Shown: positions 1-9,514 of the stretch, one piece after another
How the letters are laid out: every line of letters begins with the position of its first letter
Position numbering within the stretch: the first letter of the stretch is position 1
Sequence record: OM632668.1
DNA length: 44,569 bases
DNA from: Escherichia phage BEU35
Direction: 5' to 3' (one strand)
Translations under genes and position numbers: made by a program
Notes under the pieces: generated by a model
What the model was told of the DNA's origin: nothing
The model's database searches: none
The model's input: the letters and a program-made list of their open reading frames with translations, nothing else

Positions 1-27
1 ACGGAGCCGCAAGGCGCGTTTCTCGGT

Positions 28-1251
28 ATGCATTGCAAGTTTCCGGCATTCGTAGCTGGCTTCGGTACGGGTAAATCCGAAGTTATGTGCAACTCTGCAC
101 TACTCGACAGCATGGAAGGTGGTAGCGATTCTATCATCGCCATGTATGAGCCGACCTATGACCTGGTGCGCCTCATCCTTGCACCGCGTATGGAAGAAAA
201 GCTCACCGACTGGGGTATCCGGTACAAATACAACAAGTCTGACAACATAATCTATACGTCTTCCGGACAATTTGGGGATTTTGTTCTGCGTACACTTGAT
301 AATCCAGCAAGAATCGTTGGCTACGAATCGTTTCGTGCGAAAATCGACGAGTTGGACACCCTTAACATGGAGCACGCCGAGCACGCGTGGAACAAAGTCA
401 TCGCCCGTAACCGCCAGTTGCCGCGGACATATAAACCTATTACACCGAAACCTGCTAATACCGTTTCCGTGTTCACTACTCCGGAAGGATTCCGTTTCGT
501 ACATGACCGCTGGGTAGTCAAAAAGAATCCAGGCTACGAGATGATTCAGGCGTCCACCCTGTCTAACCCGTTCCTGCCAGAAGATTATGTGCAGTCGTTA
601 CGCGACACATACCCAGGTCAGTTGATTGACGCCTACATCGACGGCAAGTTCGTAAACCTCACGTCCGGAACGGTATACTATGCTTACGACCGCAGGAAAA
701 ACAGCAGTCGCGAAACAATCAATCCCGGCGAGACTCTGTATATTGGGCAGGACTTTAACGTAGGTCACATGGCGAGCACGGTTTACGTGCAACGCGGTAA
801 GGTCTGGCACGCTGTTGCCGAGTTGGTTGATATGTTCGATACGCCTGACGTAGTGCGGGCCATAACTGAGCGATGGAAAAGTAAGGGCCACTATATCGTT
901 ATGTACCCGGACGCCAGCGGCAAAAACCGTAAAAGCAACAACGCCAGTACCTCAGACATCGCTCAGTTACAGCAGGCCGGTTTCGAAGTACGCGCCAAAT
1001 CAACAAACCCGCCGGTTAAAGACCGCGTATCAGCAATGAACAAGGCGCTTGAATCTGGTATGGTCATGATTAATGAGCAGGCATGCCCGGTTACGGCGCG
1101 ATGCCTTGAGCAACAGGCTTACGACAAGAACGGCGAACCAGATAAATCGGGTGGTGTGGACCACCAGAACGACGGGACCACATATCCTATCGCGTATGAA
1201 ATGCCGATTCGCAAACCAGTTATTAATGTCCCGGTGACTTTCGCACTTTAA
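28..1251 (+). CDS. terL: terminase large subunit; frame is open to position 1, so the true 5' end may lie upstream of the window
   Basis: Walker A-like GFGTGKSE near N-terminus, Walker B-like IDELD, Asp-rich C-terminal nuclease-type region; followed 12 nt later by portal-like ORF. Confidence 0.8.
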   Translation: MHCKFPAFVAGFGTGKSEVMCNSALLDSMEGGSDSIIAMYEPTYDLVRLILAPRMEEKLTDWGIRYKYNKSDNIIYTSSGQFGDFVLRTLDNPARIVGYESFRAKIDELDTLNMEHAEHAWNKVIARNRQLPRTYKPITPKPANTVSVFTTPEGFRFVHDRWVVKKNPGYEMIQASTLSNPFLPEDYVQSLRDTYPGQLIDAYIDGKFVNLTSGTVYYAYDRRKNSSRETINPGETLYIGQDFNVGHMASTVYVQRGKVWHAVAELVDMFDTPDVVRAITERWKSKGHYIVMYPDASGKNRKSNNASTSDIAQLQQAGFEVRAKSTNPPVKDRVSAMNKALESGMVMINEQACPVTARCLEQQAYDKNGEPDKSGGVDHQNDGTTYPIAYEMPIRKPVINVPVTFAL

Positions 1252-1263
1252 GAGGATTATTCA

Positions 1264-1818
1264 ATGTTAACTATGAACGGTCAGAATCAGGGTGTTAAGA
1301 CAAAACACCGGGAATGGCTGCACCACTTCGATAAATGGCAGAAGGTGCGCCACGCGCTGGAAGGCGACCTTATCCGCTATCTGCGCAACGTTGGGAAGAA
1401 TGAGCCGGACCCGACCTACGCGGCACAGCGCCAGGAAGAATACGAGAACGGCGCTATCTGTTACAACTTCACCAAGAGAACGCTGGCGGGGATGGTCGGC
1501 AGTGTCATGCGCAAAGACCCCGAGCAGATTATACCGCCTGAACTGGAGTACCTGTTACGTAACGCGGACGGTTCTGGTGTCGGGCTGTGGCAGCACGCAC
1601 AGGATACGCTAATGGAGATTGATTCGGTGGGTCGTGGCGGGTTGCTGGTGGACGCCCCGGAGACAGCCGCGGCAACGGCAGCCGAACAGAACGCGGGGTT
1701 ACTAAACCCGGTCATTGCATTCTACACTGCTGAGAACATCATCAACTGGCGACTGACCCGCATCGGCTCAGTGAACCGTGTGACGATGGTCGTGTTTAAG
1801 CTCCACCTGAGCTTGTGA
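1264..1818 (+). CDS. portal-like protein, N-terminal segment only (184 codons then stop)
   Basis: Canonical position immediately after terL; recalled resemblance to N-terminal region of P22 gp1-type portals (e.g. DSVGRGGLLVDA); too short for a complete portal. Confidence 0.45.
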   Translation: MLTMNGQNQGVKTKHREWLHHFDKWQKVRHALEGDLIRYLRNVGKNEPDPTYAAQRQEEYENGAICYNFTKRTLAGMVGSVMRKDPEQIIPPELEYLLRNADGSGVGLWQHAQDTLMEIDSVGRGGLLVDAPETAAATAAEQNAGLLNPVIAFYTAENIINWRLTRIGSVNRVTMVVFKLHLSL

Positions 1819-1982
1819 AGTATGAACAAGCGACCGCGGCGCGGGCAGGTAACGGAGCGGGACGTAAGTCCTGAGTGTAGTTACGCTGACGCGTTCGGAA
1901 GGGCCATACTCTATTGCTTGTGTAAAAAGTAACTGGTTTACTGAGATTACGCCGTTTCTATGTTTAAATTATAAGGACTAGC

Positions 1983-2010
1983 GCCCCGCTTTAAGGCGGG
2001 GCTTTACTTA
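1983..2010 (+). terminator. GC-rich hairpin (GCCCCGC-tttaag-GCGGGGC) followed by TTTACTT; putative intrinsic terminator
   Basis: Inverted repeat read directly from sequence in the 208-nt non-coding gap after the portal-like ORF. Confidence 0.4.
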
Positions 2011-2026
2011 TCGAGAAAGGGGAAAC

Positions 2027-2413
2027 ATGAATCTTAAAGCAACTGTCGTGGCAGGAGCATGTTTCATCATCCTGGCTTACACACACGGCATTTATCAGTA
2101 CCGCAGCGGCTGGCACGAAGGCCGCGCTAATCTCGTTTCGCAGCAACAGCAGAAAGCACAGGCCGAGTTAGCGAAGAAAACACAACGGCAGCAGCAAGAT
2201 GAATCAAAGGCCGCCGCCGCTGACAACGAAGGCAAGACGAAATCAGAGGTGATTACCCGTGAAGTCGTTAAGTACATTAAAACGCCTGGTCGCAGCGTGT
2301 GCACTTTTGACGATGCTCGCGTCCTGCTCAAGTCCCGCGCCGTCGCCAACGCCAATTCCATCTCCGGATACGACGATGATGCAGCCGCCGTGCAAGCTGG
2401 CGCCACCAAGTAG
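2027..2413 (+). CDS. Rz: Rz-like i-spanin
   Basis: N-terminal hydrophobic segment, Q/A/K-rich coiled-coil-like middle, contains embedded +1-frame lipoprotein ORF. Confidence 0.65.
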   Translation: MNLKATVVAGACFIILAYTHGIYQYRSGWHEGRANLVSQQQQKAQAELAKKTQRQQQDESKAAAADNEGKTKSEVITREVVKYIKTPGRSVCTFDDARVLLKSRAVANANSISGYDDDAAAVQAGATK

Positions 2414-2522
2414 TGACGCGGACGAGGATTTAGCTATCGACGTTCAGAACGCCGAATGCGTACGGCAACTGAGACTGAAAGTGTTCATGTTGCAGGATTA
2501 CGTGAGGAATATTCTGGAATAG
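2259..2522 (+). CDS. Rz1: Rz1-like o-spanin lipoprotein (embedded in Rz in +1 frame, extends past the Rz stop)
   Basis: Signal peptide with lipobox LASC, proline-rich mature region (SPAPSPTPIPSP). Confidence 0.65.
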   Translation: MKSLSTLKRLVAACALLTMLASCSSPAPSPTPIPSPDTTMMQPPCKLAPPSSDADEDLAIDVQNAECVRQLRLKVFMLQDYVRNILE

Positions 2523-2604
2523 TTGCCTTGCATGTTGGAATAATTTATTCTTGACATGTAAATCCGGGTGGCCCGGATTCCAACGTCCAGGGGACATACT
2601 GACT

Positions 2605-3306
2605 ATGAATCGTTTTTTACGTTATCCGTTCCAGGAAGAAGCTGGAGCAGAAGATAAAGCTGGTGGCGGTGACGCTCCTAAAATGTTCACCGCTGAAGAA
2701 GTTCAGGCGCTGATTGAGAAAGAAGTTGCCGGGCTTAAGGCCAATCAGGAAGCATTGCTGGCGGAGAAGAAAGAAGCCGCCCGTAAAGCAAAAGAGGCCG
2801 AAGAAGAACGGCAGCGTGCGCACCAGGAGGCGTTAAAGGCCGCCGGTAAGATGGACGAGTTTGAAAAGACGATTCGTAGCCAGTATGACCCGGTGTTAGC
2901 CGAGAAAGATGGCCGCATCTCCAAAATGGCAGAGCGCATCCTCGGCAGCGAACGTAAAGCGGTGCTAGGCTCTTTCGCGGGTGACTTTATTACCCCGGAA
3001 GCAGTGGACATCCTTGCGCCGTTCGTTAAGACTGAGTTCGAAGGTGATGATGTGGTTACTAAGTTTGTCGGCGCAGACGGTAACGTAATCACGACTGACC
3101 CGGAACAGTTCCGCAAATACCTGCGCGAACACAAAGCGTTTTCGCATTTGATTAAAGCAAATGCAGCTTCCGGCGGCGGGGCTTCCGGTGGCAAAGGCGG
3201 CGGGGCCGCACCAGCGTTTAAAGACATGAGTGAAGCAGAGCGTTTAGCCCTGTATAAATCGAACCCTGCCGAATTTGAACGGCAACTTAAAGCCCTGAGG
3301 AAATAA
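2605..3306 (+). CDS. capsid scaffolding protein (start taken at internal ATG 2605; ORF track opens at TTG 2551)
   Basis: Directly upstream of major capsid gene; charged A/E/K-rich helical composition. Confidence 0.55.
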   Translation: MNRFLRYPFQEEAGAEDKAGGGDAPKMFTAEEVQALIEKEVAGLKANQEALLAEKKEAARKAKEAEEERQRAHQEALKAAGKMDEFEKTIRSQYDPVLAEKDGRISKMAERILGSERKAVLGSFAGDFITPEAVDILAPFVKTEFEGDDVVTKFVGADGNVITTDPEQFRKYLREHKAFSHLIKANAASGGGASGGKGGGAAPAFKDMSEAERLALYKSNPAEFERQLKALRK

Positions 3307-3308
3307 TA

Positions 3309-4358
3309 ATGGCAATTACCACTATCGGCGATATCGTAACTGGCAACATCCCGGTCCTGGCGTCTTATATGACCGAGGACCCGGTAGAAAAAACCGCGTT
3401 CTTCCAGTCTGGTATTCTCACCCCGACCCCATACGCCGCCGAGATTGCCCGCGGCCCGTCCAACGTCGCTAATATTCCTTTCTGGAAAGCGATTGATACC
3501 TCTATCGAGCCGAACTACTCGAACGACGTATACCAGGACATCGCCACCCCGCGTAACGTGCAGACCGGCGAGATGATGGCGCGCGTTGCGTACCTGAACG
3601 AAGGTTTCGGTCAGGCGGATTTGACCGTTGAACTGACCAGCCAGAACCCGCTGCAATCCGTAGCGTCACGTCTGGATAACTTCTGGCAGCGTCAGGCACA
3701 ACGCCGTCTGATTGCTACCGCGCTCGGGCTGTACAATGACAACGTAGCCGCTACCGACGCATACCACGAGCAGAATGACATGGTAATCGACGTGTCTGCT
3801 ACTCTGGGCTTCGATGCGGGCGCGTTCATCGACGCTACCCAGACTATGGGCGATGCTCTGATGGGCAACGGCGGTGAAGTGCTGGGGGCTATCGCGATGC
3901 ATAGCTTCGTTTATGCGCAGGCACGTAAGCAGCAGCTTATCGACTTCATCCGTGACGCGGACAACAACACCATGTTCGCCACCTACCAGGGCTACCGCGT
4001 GATTGTTGACGACAGCATGACCGTAGTCGGCACTGGCCCGACCCGTAAGTTCATCTCCATCATCTTCGGCAACGGCGCTATCGGTTACGGTGAAGGTTCT
4101 CCGTCCAACCCGCTGGAATACGAGCGCGAAGCGTCCCGCGGCAACGGCGGCGGCGTTGAAACCCTGTGGACCCGTAAGACCTGGTTGCTACATCCGTTTG
4201 GTTACAGCTTCACCAGCGCGGTAATCACTGGCAACGGTACCGAGACTATCGCCCGCTCTGCTTCATGGCAGGACCTGGCGAACGCCTCCAACTGGAACCG
4301 TGTGGTTGACCGTAAGCATGTACCGATTGCCTTCCTGGTAACTGGTGTCAGGGCTTAA
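3309..4358 (+). CDS. major capsid protein
   Basis: 349 aa, position after scaffold, followed by strong terminator hairpin; HK97-fold-like MCP size and composition. Confidence 0.8.
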   Translation: MAITTIGDIVTGNIPVLASYMTEDPVEKTAFFQSGILTPTPYAAEIARGPSNVANIPFWKAIDTSIEPNYSNDVYQDIATPRNVQTGEMMARVAYLNEGFGQADLTVELTSQNPLQSVASRLDNFWQRQAQRRLIATALGLYNDNVAATDAYHEQNDMVIDVSATLGFDAGAFIDATQTMGDALMGNGGEVLGAIAMHSFVYAQARKQQLIDFIRDADNNTMFATYQGYRVIVDDSMTVVGTGPTRKFISIIFGNGAIGYGEGSPSNPLEYEREASRGNGGGVETLWTRKTWLLHPFGYSFTSAVITGNGTETIARSASWQDLANASNWNRVVDRKHVPIAFLVTGVRA

Positions 4359-4373
4359 GGTTAAGCTATAATC

Positions 4374-4400
4374 GAGAGGGACTTCGGTCCCTCTTTTCAT
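4374..4400 (+). terminator. intrinsic terminator after major capsid gene
   Basis: AGAGGGA-cttcgg-TCCCTCT stem-loop followed by TTTT. Confidence 0.6.
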
Positions 4401-4419
4401 TTACTAAGAGGATTCCTCA

Positions 4420-4761
4420 ATGGCAGACGTATTGAAACGACGCATCACCGGCGTCTCCGCTGACGCCCCGGGCGCTAAGATTGACATGGCGACTATTTCT
4501 CCTGCGTCTTTCTCTCCCGCGCTGGCGGCTACTACCGCAGTGACCACAGGTGAAACTATGACGCTGACCGTAACCGTAGCTGGCGGTCTGGAGCCGTATT
4601 CTTACCAGTGGTATAAGAATAACAACGCTATCGCCGGGGCTAACGCGGCTACCTACGCTAAAGCGTCAACCACTACCGCTGATTCTGGTACGTATAAAGT
4701 GGTTGTTCACGATGTGTATGGTAATATTATCTCCAGCAGCACTGTAGCAACTGTGTCTTAA
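4420..4761 (+). CDS. Ig-like domain protein, possible head decoration protein
   Basis: Ig-like beta-strand pattern (LTVTVAGG...YQWYKNN...SGTYKVVVHDVYGN); location after capsid gene. Confidence 0.5.
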   Translation: MADVLKRRITGVSADAPGAKIDMATISPASFSPALAATTAVTTGETMTLTVTVAGGLEPYSYQWYKNNNAIAGANAATYAKASTTTADSGTYKVVVHDVYGNIISSSTVATVS

Positions 4762-4797
4762 TACAACGGCCCTTCGGGGCCGTAATAAGGAAAGGTC

Positions 4798-4977
4798 ATG
4801 GCAGATAATTATGTAATCCGCGAAAAGTACACCCACGTTGATATTGTAGACGGTCAGGTGATGCCTGTTCGCGGTGTGGTAGAAGCGGATGAACTGGTTG
4901 CGACTCAACCGGACAACGAAGAAGCGCACAACAACGGCGGTGGTGCTAAGCGTCGTCGCCGTAAATCAGAGGAATAA
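4798..4977 (+). CDS. small hypothetical protein (59 aa, below the ORF-track cutoff)
   Basis: ATG preceded by AAGGAAAGG at 7 nt; fills the gap between flanking genes; basic C-terminus KRRRRK. Confidence 0.4.
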   Translation: MADNYVIREKYTHVDIVDGQVMPVRGVVEADELVATQPDNEEAHNNGGGAKRRRRKSEE

Positions 4978-4980
4978 TTT

Positions 4981-5493
4981 ATGCCGCTAATCGTGGAAGA
5001 CGGGTCGATAGTACCTAACGCCGACAGTTACATTAGTCTGGCTGACGCCCGCGCGTTAGCGGCTAATTACGGTCTTGAGTTACCCGCAGACGATACTGCC
5101 ACCGAAGTAGCCTTGCGCAACGGCGCTACTTATGTCGGGCTTGCAGAACCGCAGATGTGCGGCCGCCGTGTGTCCGCCGAGCAGTCCCTGGCGTACCCCC
5201 GCACCGGCGTTACGTTAAACGGGTTCCCGGTGGTCAACAACGCCATTCCGAAACAGGTGATTCTTGCGCAGGTAATCGCTGCCGCTACATATGGCGAGGG
5301 CACCGAAGTCCGGGCTAACTCAGACGGTCGCGCCGTGCAGACCGAGCGTGTCGAGGGTGCGGTAACAGTGACCTACTTCAACAATGGCAACAGTGGCGCT
5401 ACGACCGCGATTACCGCTGCTGACGACGCTTTACGCCCGTTATTGTGTGGCGGTCTTAACAATGGTTTCTCGTTTAACGTGTACCGGGGTTAA
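4981..5493 (+). CDS. putative head-tail connector/adaptor protein
   Basis: Gene order between capsid and tail genes; ATG 3 nt after the stop of the small ORF. Confidence 0.4.
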   Translation: MPLIVEDGSIVPNADSYISLADARALAANYGLELPADDTATEVALRNGATYVGLAEPQMCGRRVSAEQSLAYPRTGVTLNGFPVVNNAIPKQVILAQVIAAATYGEGTEVRANSDGRAVQTERVEGAVTVTYFNNGNSGATTAITAADDALRPLLCGGLNNGFSFNVYRG

Positions 5494-5495
5494 AA

Positions 5496-6110
5496 ATGGC
5501 GAAGACTAAATCAGAGATATTCACGCTAATCGGTTCCGAGCTACCGGACAACACGACCGGACTTATTACGCCTGCGAAGTTGCGCGGGGTATTAACCCAG
5601 ATGGCTGACTCACCTATTTACGCCACTCCGGGTGTTAAAGAGGTTGAAGTTCTCCGCGCTGCGTCGACAGTAGCGCAAGCGCCTACCGCAGTAGATACGG
5701 CGTTGCAGGTATCGTTCGGCTCTGCTCAGGGTAGTGCATCTGACCCGGTAATGATTAATGCTGCGGGGCTGGTTACATTCAACACCGCGGGTAACTATGC
5801 CGTTCGCATCAAGTTACAGGCCGGTCGCTCCGGCGCTAGCGGAACGTCTATCCTGTTGTCGCGTATCCTCATTAACGGCGCTCAGTACGGCTCACCAGCA
5901 GCTACGAAACTTGTTAGCTTGGAAACCACCATCCCTATTGAATCCCGTGTAGTGATTAACCCAACCGCCGGGCAAACATTCGCCGTTCAGATTATGCGAG
6001 ATAGCGCCGGGACTAACTTCGGAGGCGTATACCCGCAGGTGGCTACTGTAACTGCATGGGGCACGGCACCGTCCGCGCTACTGGTTATTTCGAGACTGGA
6101 GGCTGCCTGA
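5496..6110 (+). CDS. hypothetical structural protein
   Basis: Tightly packed within head-tail joining block. Confidence 0.4.
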   Translation: MAKTKSEIFTLIGSELPDNTTGLITPAKLRGVLTQMADSPIYATPGVKEVEVLRAASTVAQAPTAVDTALQVSFGSAQGSASDPVMINAAGLVTFNTAGNYAVRIKLQAGRSGASGTSILLSRILINGAQYGSPAATKLVSLETTIPIESRVVINPTAGQTFAVQIMRDSAGTNFGGVYPQVATVTAWGTAPSALLVISRLEAA

Positions 6111-6469
6111 TGAGCACTGCTTTCAGTAAACGTATGCAAGGCGTGGGTACACGCCTGCTAACCAAATTCGGCAGCACGGTATCTTTGGTTCGCGCTGGCT
6201 CGAAAGTGTGGGACGAAGTTCTCGGTGAGTACGTCTGGTCTGCGGACGAAGTGTTGCCGTTGAAGGCCGTTCCGGTTCCTGTTAATGCGGGTCTGGTGAA
6301 CGGTACGACGATTCAGGCTGGTGACATGATTGTTAAAGCCGATTACAGCGTCGTTCCTAAGATGGAAGACAAAGTGCAATTCGGCGGCGAGCAATGGTCC
6401 GTCGTAGCCATTGAGAAGAAGGTGGTTAACGATGATGTTGTGGCCTACTTTATTCAGGTGAGAAAATGA
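6110..6469 (+). CDS. putative head-tail joining / head closure protein
   Basis: ATGA start-stop overlap with upstream gene; gene order. Confidence 0.4.
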   Translation: MSTAFSKRMQGVGTRLLTKFGSTVSLVRAGSKVWDEVLGEYVWSADEVLPLKAVPVPVNAGLVNGTTIQAGDMIVKADYSVVPKMEDKVQFGGEQWSVVAIEKKVVNDDVVAYFIQVRK

Positions 6470-6861
6470 GTTTCGCGCTGGACGTCTCTAAGTTCGTGGA
6501 AAAGGCGAAGAAGAACCCTGAGAAGGTGATGCGTCAGGTGTCTATCAAGCTGTTTTCCGCTATTATAAAGGCGAGTCCGGTAGATACTGGTCGGTTTCGC
6601 ATGAACTGGATGGCATCTGGCGGTACTCCTGCTTCCGGGATTACGGATGCTACGGATAAATTAGGAAACACAGCAACCGGAAACGCTACAAGTTTCGTGC
6701 TGAAAGCCACCGACTGGCATGAGTTCACGCTGACAAATAACCTGCCGTATGCACAACGGCTGGAGTATGGCTGGTCGCAACAGGCCCCGCAAGGATTCGT
6801 CAGGACTAACGTGTCCCGCTTCCAGCAACTCATTAACGAAGAAGCTAGCAAGGTGAGATGA
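6466..6861 (+). CDS. HK97 gp10-like neck/tail component
   Basis: Recalled family pattern (DTGRFRMNW ... LEYGWS); 4-nt overlap coupling. Confidence 0.5.
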   Translation: MSFALDVSKFVEKAKKNPEKVMRQVSIKLFSAIIKASPVDTGRFRMNWMASGGTPASGITDATDKLGNTATGNATSFVLKATDWHEFTLTNNLPYAQRLEYGWSQQAPQGFVRTNVSRFQQLINEEASKVR

Positions 6862-7274
6862 TGGGCTACTTTGAGGACTTAACAAAAGCGTTTGATGTGC
6901 CGCTGGTAGCCTTCGGAACCACCAACGGCATCAAGGTAGCGCTTGAAAACATCGACGCGCCGACGTCAACAGATACGCCGTATCTGGCAAGTTACATGTT
7001 GCTGGCGGATACCGAGCAGGCTGACTTATTCTTCACGGAACAACGCGCCGGTGTCTATCAGATAGACATTAACTACGCATCGGTGAAAGGTAGCGCGCCA
7101 ATCAATAAAATGGCAGACTTACTTAACACGGCGTTTAAATCAGGTAAGGCATTTTCGCGTAACGACATCTGCGCCGAGGTTCAATCGGTTAGCCTGGGGC
7201 CGCTGATTGTAGAAAACGGATGGGCCAAACGACCATTGTCAATTAACTTTATTGCATTCACCAAGAGGCTGTGA
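6858..7274 (+). CDS. putative tail completion / tail terminator protein
   Basis: Gene order immediately before the tail tube gene. Confidence 0.4.
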   Translation: MMGYFEDLTKAFDVPLVAFGTTNGIKVALENIDAPTSTDTPYLASYMLLADTEQADLFFTEQRAGVYQIDINYASVKGSAPINKMADLLNTAFKSGKAFSRNDICAEVQSVSLGPLIVENGWAKRPLSINFIAFTKRL

Positions 7275-7276
7275 AT

Positions 7277-8443
7277 ATGGCTACAACTCCTTTTAAGGGC
7301 GCGAATACCGCGCAATTCTATGTGGCGGAAACTACCCCGGGCGTAACACCGGCTAACCCTGTCTGGTCGCCGTTGCGTAACACTGGCGGTGTTCCTGCCG
7401 TAACCCGCGATGCGCTGACTTCCAACGAACTAGACGGCAGCCGTGAAACTACATCCATCCGAACCGGTAACAAACAGGTTAGCGGGGAGTACGCCATCGA
7501 ACTTAGCTCTCGTAGCCAGGATGATTTCCTTGCGGGAGCGATGACTTCTACGTGGCAAGCTGGGGTAGAGATTACTGGCGCCGAAATTACGGTCGCCCCA
7601 GCAGGTAAAACATTCACCCGCGCTGCCGGTAGCTTCATTACTGACAGTGTAGAAGTTGGCGACCTTATTGCGTTCACCGACTTAACCGGCGACAACGCAA
7701 AACCGTTTATCGTGACCGCGGTTTCCGCTCTGGTAGTTACGGGCGCAGGTATTCAGCACACGCTGACAGCAGAGACAGTAACTACTGACGCAAAAACTGG
7801 CGACAAGCTGGAAACCGGTAACGCGTGTAAGACGTTCTCCATCCTGACGTGGTTCAAGGGCCAGTGTGGTAACCTGGACGCGTACATGCTGACCAAAGGT
7901 GTGGAAATCTCTGGCTTTACCGTAGAGCAGGCGGTTAACGCCATGGTCACCGGCAGCTTCCCGTTCATCGGCCTGAGTCAGGAGATTCTTACCGCGCCGC
8001 CGTCTGGCTCTGATTTCTCTCAGGTTACGTTCACCGATGAGCCGTTCTCGTCGGTAGATGTGTCGGTGTTCGATGGCTCCACGCCGTTGCGTTGCGATAC
8101 TCTCACCATCACCAACGACAACGGAGCTTCCGCGCAGTTCGAACTCGGTAACAGTAGCGTGGCGTTCGTCGAACGTGGACGCGCAGCTAACACATTCTCT
8201 ATCTCTGGCAAGCTGTACGACATGGCGATGATTCAGAAGTTTATCAACGAGCAGCAGGTAGAGATTAACTCTATTCTGGCAGGGGTAAACGGGGCTATGT
8301 CTTTCAGTTTGAAACGTGCAGAGCTTACGGCGGTTACACCTGAGATTGGTGGGCCTGAGTCAATCACTCAGTCCATTGAAGGCCAGGCTACCGGCAATCA
8401 GTACCAGTCGTCTATCGTAATTCAACGTATCACCTACGCATAA
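7277..8443 (+). CDS. major tail (tube) protein
   Basis: AAGAGG RBS 7 nt upstream of ATG; 389 aa; followed by strong terminator; position upstream of chaperone/tape measure. Confidence 0.65.
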   Translation: MATTPFKGANTAQFYVAETTPGVTPANPVWSPLRNTGGVPAVTRDALTSNELDGSRETTSIRTGNKQVSGEYAIELSSRSQDDFLAGAMTSTWQAGVEITGAEITVAPAGKTFTRAAGSFITDSVEVGDLIAFTDLTGDNAKPFIVTAVSALVVTGAGIQHTLTAETVTTDAKTGDKLETGNACKTFSILTWFKGQCGNLDAYMLTKGVEISGFTVEQAVNAMVTGSFPFIGLSQEILTAPPSGSDFSQVTFTDEPFSSVDVSVFDGSTPLRCDTLTITNDNGASAQFELGNSSVAFVERGRAANTFSISGKLYDMAMIQKFINEQQVEINSILAGVNGAMSFSLKRAELTAVTPEIGGPESITQSIEGQATGNQYQSSIVIQRITYA

Positions 8444-8448
8444 AACTA

Positions 8449-8471
8449 AGGCCCCTTTCGGGGCCTTTTTC
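8449..8471. terminator. bidirectional-looking intrinsic terminator between convergent genes
   Basis: AGGCCCC-tttc-GGGGCCT stem-loop followed by TTTTT. Confidence 0.6.
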
Positions 8472-9026
8472 TTACAAACCTAATTTTAAAGCAATGTCTA
8501 TAACGTTCGATTTAACGTCACCCGGTATGATGTAGGTGTCGTAATCTTTTACACCACTAACATCGTACAGATAGCCACGGCTATCGCCGATGAACGTATA
8601 GCCGTCACGATGGAGGCGGACGATTCGCACGTCATGCCCCGCGGCGACGATAGGGGCAACTTCACTGGCGAATCCACCGTCGGACACTACAAAAACTTCG
8701 TCGCCGTCAGGCAAGTTTTCAGCAAGATACTTACCGAAATAATCATCGCCGAATACCGGTTTAATGAATTGCTCAGAAATGGCAATCATTAACTGGCGGC
8801 GGGACAACCCATTAAGAAAACCCTCGGGTTTTTCTTTCCGCGCCCGGTCGTCGTAGCCGTCGAGAAATTCGTGGTAAGCATCCTGGCCTAACGCTGCCAA
8901 AGCAATATTGAACATTGGATTCTTGAAACTGGTAGTTCCTTTCGCAAAGCCCATTTCTACCAGCGCCATAGCAAGCGTGTCTTTCCCGCAACCCGCAGGG
9001 CCATTAAGAATAATTACCTTAGCCAT
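8472..9026 (-). CDS. P-loop nucleotide/nucleoside kinase (dNMP-kinase-like)
   Basis: N-terminal MAKVIILNGPAGCGKDT Walker A resembling T4-type dNMP kinase P-loop (SGKDT). Confidence 0.65.
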   Translation of the reverse strand: MAKVIILNGPAGCGKDTLAMALVEMGFAKGTTSFKNPMFNIALAALGQDAYHEFLDGYDDRARKEKPEGFLNGLSRRQLMIAISEQFIKPVFGDDYFGKYLAENLPDGDEVFVVSDGGFASEVAPIVAAGHDVRIVRLHRDGYTFIGDSRGYLYDVSGVKDYDTYIIPGDVKSNVIDIALKLGL

Positions 9027-9514
9027 TATTTATCGCTCCCGTGGGGTTTTAAGTGTGTAGAGTTCCCGTTACAGTCGTATTCGGTAACTGCGTGTGCGGT
9101 TATGCCGAGGTCACGGAAATGCTTTATTACCGCTGGAGAGTCGTCGAACGCACACAAGATTCTTTCCAGTCCGAAAGCACGCAACACCTCTTCTTTAATT
9201 ACGATGTCTTTTCTGTTGTCGTGTTTGCTGCGCATGATTAGCGTGTCAAACCTAACGTTATTCTCTCGTAACCATTCGCGAGTCTCCTCCTCAGCGTCAT
9301 CACTTCGCCCGGTAAGGATAATTATAGTAAGTCCGGAATGCCACAGTACGCTACACAAATGGATATTGTCGTATATCGGAGCGTCATCTTTGCAGGCCAT
9401 GTTAAATGGCTTCCACGCCCACGTTTCTCCGTAGTTATCTTTTGGTAACAGGTGTAAGCGATGGGTACCGTCGGCCAATGTCCCGTCTAAATCGAAAATT
9501 ACAATATCTTTCAT
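9026..9514 (-). CDS. HAD-superfamily phosphatase
   Basis: N-terminal FDLDGTLAD (DxDGT) motif. Confidence 0.65.
   Translation of the reverse strand: MKDIVIFDLDGTLADGTHRLHLLPKDNYGETWAWKPFNMACKDDAPIYDNIHLCSVLWHSGLTIIILTGRSDDAEEETREWLRENNVRFDTLIMRSKHDNRKDIVIKEEVLRAFGLERILCAFDDSPAVIKHFRDLGITAHAVTEYDCNGNSTHLKPHGSDK

Noticed and set aside
1790-1818. Split-intein (trans-splicing) explanation for the two portal-like ORFs
   Set aside because: The N-fragment does not end in an intein N-half beginning with Cys/Ser, and the C-fragment does not begin with a short intein C-half ending in Asn followed by Cys/Ser/Thr.
2745-3656. 303-codon minus-strand ORF spanning the scaffold/major-capsid boundary
   Set aside because: Antisense to two well-supported plus-strand genes, crosses their junction, translation is low-complexity junk-like with no motif; typical open antisense frame in coding DNA.
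4666-4929. 87-codon minus-strand ORF
   Set aside because: Overlaps the plus-strand small ORF 4798..4977, which has a proper RBS and fits the gene-order gap; the antisense reading has neither.
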